From Tetramitus jugosus (Eukaryota; Protista; Heterolobosea): DNA of 64,000 bases. Location: NCBI GenBank assembly GCA_937625935.1, contig OW569365.1, forward strand, positions 1 to 64,000. The letters are read 5' to 3'. The translations under genes were made by a program, and so were the position numbers. The notes under the pieces were generated by a model. That model saw only the letters and a program-made list of their open reading frames with translations. It was not told the origin of the DNA and did no database searches. Below, one piece after another: positions 1-7,488 of this stretch (position 1 is its first letter; each line of letters starts with the position of its first letter).

Positions 1-177
1 CCAAACCCCAACCCCCCCCACCCCCCCCCCCCCCCACCCAACCCCCCCCCCCCACCCCCACACCCCCCCCCCAACCCAAACCCACCCCCACCCCCCAACC
101 CAAACCCCACACCCACCCCCCACCCACCCCAACCCACCCCCCACCCAACCCCACACCCACACCCAAACCCACCCACC

Positions 178-889
178 CCCAAACCCAACCCAAACCCAAA
201 CCCAAACCCAAACCCAAACCCAAACCCAAACCCAAACCCAAACCCAAACCCAAACCCAAACCCAAACCCAAACCCAACCCAAACCCAAACCCAAACCCAA
301 ACCCAAACCCAAACCCAAACCCAAACCCAAACCCAAACCCAAACCCAAACCCAAACCCAAACCCAAACCCAAACCCAAACCCAAACCCAAACCCAAACCC
401 AAACCCAAACCCAAACCCAAACCCAAACCCAAACCCAAACCCAAACCCAAACCCAAACCCAAACCCAAACCCAAACCCAAACCCAAACCCAAACCCAAAC
501 CCAAACCCAAACCCAAACCCAAACCCAAACCCAAACCCAAACCCAAACCCAAACCCAAACCCAAACCCAAACCCAAACCCAAACCCAAACCCAAACCCAA
601 ACCCAAACCCAAACCCAAACCCAAACCCAAACCCAAACCCAAACCCAAACCCAAACCCAAACCCAAACCCAAACCCAAACCCAAACCCAAACCCAAACCC
701 AAACCCAAACCCAAACCCAAACCCAAACCCAAACCCAAACCCAAACCCAAACCCAAACCCAAACCCAAACCCAAACCCAAACCCAAACCCAAACCCAAAC
801 CCAAACCCAAACCCAAACCCAAACCCAAACCCAAACCCAAACCCAAACCCAAACCCAAACCCAAACCCAAACCCAAACCCAAACCCAAA
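178..889. repeat. Telomeric tandem repeat (CCCAAA)n / (TTTGGG)n, ~118 copies
   Basis: Near-perfect hexamer array at the window start with the C-rich strand 5', the expected polarity for a left chromosome end. Isolated CCCAA variants near 184 and 273. Ends abruptly at 889. Positions 1-177 are a degraded C/A-only version. Confidence 0.97.
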
Positions 890-2770
890 TGAACTTTCTT
901 CCCAAAAATCAAAAATTTCATTCGAATTCAAAACAGAACCGATCTATCATCTAAAATCTGATCAAATAAGATAAATGGAAGTTAAACCACTCGCCCCATT
1001 TCTATTTCCATCATTTGACATTCACTCCTCAGCTTTTGTCCAAAACAGAAATCTCCTCATAAAAAGCTCAACATCTGGAAAGCTTAGAGGCAATCAAGTG
1101 AGTCATATACACGTTTTACATGTAATCATTTCTATTTCTCTTCAGTAATGACAGGTTGTGTCTGGGTATTCAACTCTGCATCCAAGGAAGTCTGAATAAT
1201 AGAAATATATTTCTCTCACGAGCCAATCTCACTCCAAAATAGTATTTTCTGCAATATTTCTCAGTCAATTACGTTCATAGGTATGAATTCTTATCAACAA
1301 GCAAGATCTACTCTTATTTTATGAAGATTGGGTCTGGACTATTACTCTGCACTCATCTTACGAACTGAGAAGTTTAAATCTCATTCTGCCTGTCAAATAT
1401 GTCAAAATATTCCCTTCAAGAATGAAATCTCTCGTTCATCATCAATAATTCGGTACAAATTAGTTGATTTCTCCAGTTCAAGAGTGTTTCATATGATTCA
1501 CAAAATGAAATTCAAAAAATGAGCCTATTCGACCTAAACTATTTCATTCAACAATGAAATATCTCAATTTTATCCGTAATATCTCTAAAACCGGTGATAA
1601 TCTTCAGGTCAAGAGAATTTTAAGTCAATCAAAAGCCAGAGCACCGAAATGCAACTCAATATGTCAAACAACAACAAAAAAGAACAGAAATAACTGAATT
1701 AATGCTTCAAATGAATACTAGAGGTCTAAAATTTCAGTCTAAAATCTGTAAAAACTGTTCTCTTATCATACAGTCCAGTGATAATCTCAAGCTTTTCTGA
1801 AAAATCCTTTCATAGAAGTCTGTTGCAGTTTTTATCCTGTTGCAGAGAAAATCTGTTAGTTACAGCAGGGAGCGATCGTCTCTTCGAGATGATAGAGTTT
1901 TAATCCTGTTAAATCCTGTTAGAGCTCGTTGAGATGAAGTATTTGTACTGAAAATTCCTTCGGGTTGGGTCTAGACTTATGACATGAACCCCAAACTCAA
2001 ACTCAAAACTCTCCCATATTTAGACAATCCTCTTCCATAAAAGGCAATATTTTGTCGGTTCAGAAGCGAATATAAAGTCCCAAACCCAAAACCCACCCCC
2101 CCAGAAGAAGAACTTTCCCAAGATTTTCAGTCTATAACATTCGTAAAACTGAATTGGCGTTCAACAAAGCTAGTACTCTCGATTTCTGACGGGTTGAGTC
2201 TGGCGTTTCAACTATAAACTCGATTCACATTTGAAACTTGACTATTTCACTGTCTTACAGGATTTTAAATCGAAAAGTCTCAATAATAGATAAAACATCT
2301 GATCCTACAGTGATTATTTGATAAAAACTCTCGATTTTATCCAGAAAAACACTAAATCAAGTCAGTCAAAATTTCTGAAAAATCAGGTACTCAGAAACTG
2401 AGGCAAAAAATAAAGTTGGAAGATAATTATGTTAAAAATGATCAAATACTGTCTCAATACCCTGATTCAAAACAAAGAAATCATGTTTCACTCGTACGTC
2501 TTACCCCCAGTATAGAATCAAAGTCATCTAAAATCTGTTGCAGTTTTAACACTGTTGCAGATAAAAATCTGTTAAATACAGCACAGATATATCGGCTCTA
2601 CGAGCCGATAAAGCTCAAATCGAGTTGAAAACCACGCTAATCTCTTCATCTCATCTATCTGAAGCTCATAGAGCAATAAAAAATCTCAAAAAAAAATTAC
2701 CATATAAGGAAATCGTTTCCTTAGGTTGGGGAATCCTGGATGTATCCCCAAACCCAAACCCAACCCAAAA
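890..2770. repeat. Subtelomeric mosaic of degenerate repeats with interstitial telomere-like tracts
   Basis: No credible ORF. Diverged direct repeats at 1415-1504/1547-1634 and 1819-1897/2534-2613. GGGTTG-GTCTGG...CAAC motifs near 1150, 1326, 1961 and 2189. C-strand telomere-like tracts at 1987-2009, 2079-2102 and 2746-2770. Confidence 0.75.
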
Positions 2771-3460
2771 ATTCATAGACAGACCGGATTGCGTTGTGAG
2801 GAACCGAGTCGAAGGCTTTTGATATATCTGTCAGCAACAGAAACAGTTGTCTGTTGTTCCGATTGGCGTGATCAATGACACCTCTGATTATAGAAAGCTT
2901 TTCCCTAATGTCCCTGAACCTTCTGCCTCCGCCTTGCACGTTTGAGAAGATGCCACCGGTCTCTGCAGCCTTGGAGATCCTGCTGTTGATTAACTTGGTG
3001 TACAGCTTTGATACGGTACTCAACAGACAGATTGGTCTGTAGTTGGCAGGATTAGAAGTATCTCCCTTCTTGAATGCTGGGATAATTATCCCCTCTTTCC
3101 ACATTTTGGGAAAGATCCCTTGTCTGGTGATATTGTTAAAGAAATCAGCAAGGATCTCTGAGAGATCATACCTGTAGTCACGTTCTTTTGTGATGGGGAC
3201 TTTCAGCATTTCATTATGTATTTTGTCAACACCGGGACATTTACGGTTTCTTAGCCAACCAATGGCTTTGCTAACTTCCTCTGTAGTGATAGGGGTGAAT
3301 GCTTCGTGTATTGTTGCTCTGTGCCCATCACTTTTTAGCGCTCTTAGATAATCCATGTTGGCAACCTCAGAGGAGAAGGCACCTTCAAAGTACTCCGCAG
3401 CCAAGTTACCCACTGTGACCTCATCTGTGTACTCTATTCCATTCTTCTTCACTCTAGAAA
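2763..3460 (-). pseudogene. LINE ORF2 reverse transcriptase, N-terminal part only
   Basis: Motifs KCPGVDKI, WKEGIIIPAFKKGD, NYRPICLLSTVSKLY, QGGGR and TDISKAFDSVPH are present. The frame runs into telomere-like sequence (WVWVWG) before the QG and YADD motifs. Confidence 0.92.
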
Positions 3461-4236
3461 GCCTTACCATAATGGACCCATCTAGGGTCTTTCTTGTCCT
3501 TGGGGAACTTAAACATCGTTCCACTATATACAGTATTTGTGCCAGTTCTGGCTTTTATCGTGACTAAAGTAGGGACATGATCGCTATGTACACCATTGGA
3601 TGTGAACATTTCTACCTTGTCAATTGCTTCTATTATTGCTTGGTTGCACCATACTGAATCTATTCTCGACGAGGACTTCCTGCGGAAGAATGTATGGAAT
3701 CTTTCTACTCCCATTACCTCATTGGTGTCACACAGGTTGTTCTCCTTCAACATTTGCAGCAGTAATGGCGTGTTTTCGTCTACTCTGTTCGAGGACCGGT
3801 CAGTAGCAGCTGTAACGGCATTATGATCACCTCCTAAAATGAACTTTCCTTGGACAGCGTATTTGCTAATCGTTGCCCCGATTGATTTGTAATGTTCACG
3901 ATTCTTTTTGTGAGGTCCATAGTGGTTAGCTATCGTAATCGACTCATCCACCGTTGATACCTTGATTACTTGCAACCTGGATTCACTGTGCATCACTCCA
4001 TATGATGGGACAGTAGTGGTTCTGACAATTGCTGCCAAGTGTTGATTGGGAAGATCACACACCAGAACACACTTAATTCTCTCTAACTTCCTGTTGAGTA
4101 CCTTGTACCATGCTTCATCAATGTTAGTTGCCTCCTGTATTAGCAACACATCTATTTGCTCAGACTCCAGAAAGTCCACGACATCATTGGCTTTACCCTT
4201 TATGCCGTTGATGTTGTACCACATCACCTTCAACAT
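3454..4236 (-). CDS. LINE ORF2 apurinic-like endonuclease domain (frame broken from RT)
   Basis: WYNINGI, LLIQEA, NHYGP, LGGDHNA, HTF, SRIDSVW and SDHVP are the standard EEP/APE motifs. The ATG overlaps the ORF1 stop by 7 nt. Confidence 0.92.
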   Translation of the reverse strand: MLKVMWYNINGIKGKANDVVDFLESEQIDVLLIQEATNIDEAWYKVLNRKLERIKCVLVCDLPNQHLAAIVRTTTVPSYGVMHSESRLQVIKVSTVDESITIANHYGPHKKNREHYKSIGATISKYAVQGKFILGGDHNAVTAATDRSSNRVDENTPLLLQMLKENNLCDTNEVMGVERFHTFFRRKSSSRIDSVWCNQAIIEAIDKVEMFTSNGVHSDHVPTLVTIKARTGTNTVYSGTMFKFPKDKKDPRWVHYGKAF

Positions 4237-5534
4237 AATTGAGATGTGTGGTCTGACTGGGGTTGAGACACCTCATTACTGTGTATCACATGGCTGGTCA
4301 CAGCACGCGCCACTTCCTTACTGGCCTGAACAATATCAATCATATCGGCCAGCCGAACCGGGGTCTTCAATAAAGCTCTTTTCCTTGAGTTTTCTGAGAG
4401 GGCTGTATTGGGACCTCTCTTTCCACTCTCCTTTATAGGAGTATCTTCTCGAGGCACAGTGAACTTGTAGATGAGCGTTTGGCTATCTGAGAGTGCGCGC
4501 TCCCGTCTCTTCTCTCTTCTCGCTCTCACTAACATTTTCCTCCTCTCCTCAAGCAGCTGGGCTTCAGTGTTCTCATTTTCACCCATAGGTATTGGATCCT
4601 GAACTATCGTAGTGTCCTCCCCTATTACTTCAACACTTGGTGGTTCTATCTCCGGAGTTGTGAGTACCATTGGCTCGTCAACATTCATTTCTTCTCCCAA
4701 CTCGGGTGGTGCAACGCTAGTAGTTTGTTCTCCAGCGTTTGAGCCATCTTGTTCAGAGATTGTTTCATCTCCTAGCATTGAAATGTCATCGTCTGGTGAC
4801 TCACCAGATACTTCATCTACTCGTTGAAGCTCTCCTCTCTTTGATTTATGTACTTTTCCACTCCTTTTCTTGTTCATAGCCTTCTTCAGGCTCGTTTCCA
4901 GCTGTGCAACTCTTCTCTTTAGCTCTTCCATCTGCTTGTTTAAGGAATCAGTGATCCTTTGTATCTTCTTGGACATTAGTTTCATTGGATCTTGATTTCT
5001 CTGGACATATGGGCTAATCTCTGCTCCAATCTGCTTGTTTCCAATGACAGCATGAGCATATGACTGGGATGTCATCGTGACAAATGCTGTGCTGCCCTTA
5101 ACTTCCACGTGATGCACTCTATCCTCTCCAATGAGTTTAGCGATGTCGTCCTTTGACCTGCCGAGGACCTTGTGAACCACAAGTTTTTTCTCCGAGTCAA
5201 GACCTCTCTTGATGGATGCATGAGCGTTTGCGATTCTTCTTGACTCATTGAACATCTCAGCAAACTCATAGAGTTTATCGTCCTTCACGTTCACCCACGC
5301 AATAAACTGGCCTTTCTCCCATCGTCTGACATGTGCACGAGTAACCCACTCCTTGTACCTTGAGCCAATCATTTTTGCAATTGTTGGTGCTGTGTTATGG
5401 CACTGTGTACCCTTGATCACGACTTCTTTTTTGTTGATGCTACTTCCAATGTTCTGTACTGTCCATACTGCGTACCCGTCACGCGAGTACTCCCTTGCCC
5501 CCGGAGAGGATGGAATGTTTGCATTTGTTTCCAT
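4230..5534 (-). CDS. LINE ORF1 protein (two RRM-like domains, coiled coil, acidic tail), ~434 aa
   Basis: First ATG outside the tRNA (METNANIP) follows an A-rich leader. RNP2/RNP1-like pairs KEVVIKG..FIAWVNV and KKLVVHKV..TAFVTM, then heptad region IQRITDSLNKQMEELKRRVAQLE. Lies directly upstream of EN-RT. Confidence 0.8.
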   Translation of the reverse strand: METNANIPSSPGAREYSRDGYAVWTVQNIGSSINKKEVVIKGTQCHNTAPTIAKMIGSRYKEWVTRAHVRRWEKGQFIAWVNVKDDKLYEFAEMFNESRRIANAHASIKRGLDSEKKLVVHKVLGRSKDDIAKLIGEDRVHHVEVKGSTAFVTMTSQSYAHAVIGNKQIGAEISPYVQRNQDPMKLMSKKIQRITDSLNKQMEELKRRVAQLETSLKKAMNKKRSGKVHKSKRGELQRVDEVSGESPDDDISMLGDETISEQDGSNAGEQTTSVAPPELGEEMNVDEPMVLTTPEIEPPSVEVIGEDTTIVQDPIPMGENENTEAQLLEERRKMLVRARREKRRERALSDSQTLIYKFTVPREDTPIKESGKRGPNTALSENSRKRALLKTPVRLADMIDIVQASKEVARAVTSHVIHSNEVSQPQSDHTSQLC

Positions 5535-5609
5535 GGTTTTTTTTTTCGCGTTTTTGATTTTTTTTTTCTCTACTGCGTGTTTATTTACCCGAACGAGATG
5601 ATAATATCT

Positions 5610-5705
5610 TCCCATATAGTCTAGCTGGTTAGGATATCCGGCTTTCACTTCCAAGCTGATTGCTAAAGTTCCCGGAAGACCCGGGTTCGAGTCCCGGTAT
5701 GGGAG
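5610..5705 (+). tRNA. tRNA-Glu(TTC) with 23-nt intron (5648-5670)
   Basis: Acceptor TCCCATA/TATGGGA. Anticodon stem TCCGG/CCGGA with loop CT-TTC-A^C. T arm CCGGG-TTCGAGT-CCCGG. Intron at the canonical 37/38 position, with AAAG pairing to CTTT (C32 with the antepenultimate G). TTTT terminator at 5709-5712. Confidence 0.95.
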
Positions 5706-6108
5706 ATCTTTTGCCGGATCTCACAAATTGTTTTTTCGCTTCTCATTTTTTTTGCTGATTGGCTCGCGCCTCTGTTTTGCTCCCTGCTGAATCTAACGCA
5801 GTCTTGAGAAAATGCTCACATTGTTCGCTGGCTCATTGATGTATTTTCTATGAGAATAGGTATTTACTAACCTAACCATTTTGAGCACAGCTTCTCTACA
5901 TTGAACACCTTTTCGTTCTTTTTTGGAATTGATACACTGATATTTTTTGTGTTGGGATTACTTTTTTTGCAATAAAGAGAACTCCATTTCAAGTAGCAAG
6001 GTATTTTTTCACATTGTTGTATCGAAATAACAAATTTTCTTCGATTGACATAGATTTTTCTACCTAAAATACTAGTAGTTTCATTTGAGGGACGTAATAC
6101 TTTCGATA

Positions 6109-6531
6109 ATATCTGGACGCTCTCATTTTGACTGAGAAGATTCAGATATATTGAGTTCTGTGAAATATTCGTTGAATATCGATGTTGAATTATTGTGATA
6201 TGAATGGCACTTGTTGGTATTGCACCTAGTTGTTGGGCTTTAGTAGTCGCTATGGTTTGTGGTACTCAGTATATCTACTGTCCTTTGTTTTCATAAGTAT
6301 AATGGAATGTACGAAAAGATAAATTTGAATCGAATTATTGAAAGTCAAATGATCTATATCGTACATACAACGTTATGAAGAAGTCAAAATAAATTTAACA
6401 AGGATATGAGTACTATGGATATGGGAAATCAGATATGTGGAATATGTACCCTTCATATGATTGTCGGTAGTAATCTGTCACTTGATACAGAGTCATCCCA
6501 ATAGTGGGTCATAGTGGGAGCGTCCAGATAT
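6109..6531. mobile_element. Putative MITE (non-autonomous Tc1/mariner-type), 423 bp
   Basis: 24-bp terminal inverted repeats at 6109-6132 (ATATCTGGACGCTCTCATTTTGAC) and 6508-6531 match 21/24. TA on both flanks (6107-6108, 6532-6533). No internal ORF. Confidence 0.7.
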
Positions 6532-7488
6532 TACATCAAATATTTGAGGCTCCGAATAATCTATTGTGAACAAATTGTGCCGATTGAAATGTGATCAAGA
6601 CTGAAGAAAATTGTTTGCAACAAAAGGAGAGTTTTTTAGTGATAGCTCAAACTCTTAGCTTCATATTTTGAAAGCCATTTTCAGGGAATTCGAAACCATT
6701 GACTTGTCTGACCCAAAACATTTCAATATCAGAGGTATTTTATTGTGAATTATAATTGGGGCGCTGTAGAATCCGATCATCTTTTGTTGGTTCTGTTTGG
6801 AGACAATGGAACGTTAAAATTCATCACAAGATAGTATCACCTGATGGTTCTCTTCTTTCAATTGGTAATTACATTGTAAGGAAGAAGGAACAAATATCTA
6901 AGTGCCAACTCAACTGAAAGTAAGGAGCATGTCTCAGACGACATAGCACTCCGAATTTTCGGTAAGAATAATAGAGTTTTTTGTATTCACAGTATGATGC
7001 TGAGTTCATCAATGATGCAACCAACAACTATGTTATCTAAAGCTTCAAAGAGCTTCTTCGAACAGAATTGTTGCTGCTCACCAAGCCCCTTTTATTAAAC
7101 GCAAAAAATCTCATGGCCACTATTAAGAAAAAGAAGAACATAATCTGTTCAAGTGTTGTGCGCATAGTTGATAAAATGCTCAGAAAATATCCCTCTCCAA
7201 CATTGAAGGTAGTATCAGCTGTCAATGATACGTCTCTGATGAACCTGTTTCCATCTATGCTCATGCAACTGAAAAGTTGCTCTAGGGAGTGTAAAACAGA
7301 CCTGGACGTTCATTGTTTTTCCCTCAATATTAATCCAAGACCAAATCCGTCGTTTCTGTGCGATATGTCTGACTTTTTTTGTGGTCATGGTTGGCCATGT
7401 CTTATGGTATAGTTTTGTAACCAGCCATATGATTTCATCAACAAGAAAGCCAATGAGAAATGTTGAATACAAGAATTTGATCCAAAGT

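Larger units (their letters stand above)
2763..5580 (-). mobile_element. APE-type non-LTR retrotransposon (LINE), 3'-truncated and internally deleted
   Basis: ORF1 is followed by an overlapping ORF2 with AP-endonuclease and RT motifs. The 5' boundary is uncertain (between 5535 and 5609). No 3' UTR, poly(A) tail or TSD is visible. Confidence 0.93.

Noticed and set aside
1-177. Irregular C/A sequence as variant distal telomere repeats
   Set aside because: It looks like low-coverage consensus or base-calling decay at the contig tip and cannot be treated as biological without reads.
2604-2632. Hammerhead-like core CCGATAA-AGCTC/GAGTT-GAAA in module B
   Set aside because: It has two mismatches to CUGANGA, no convincing stems I and III, and is not conserved in module A.
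890-2770. CRISPR-like repeat-spacer array
   Set aside because: The repeats are few, diverged and irregularly spaced, the context is eukaryotic, and there are no cas genes.
1328-2822. Short + strand ORFs in the subtelomere
   Set aside because: They are 64-70 codons long, have non-ATG starts, and translate repeat sequence.
5535-5654. ORF1 extension through the antisense of the tRNA (ORF track start 5654)
   Set aside because: It starts at a non-ATG codon, crosses the tRNA and translates A-runs as poly-Lys. ATG 5534 is the more plausible start.
6540-7472. Short ORFs 7037-7472 and flanking coding-like sequence
   Set aside because: No recognisable motif or ATG-led gene model. Possibly decayed gene debris, but unsupported.
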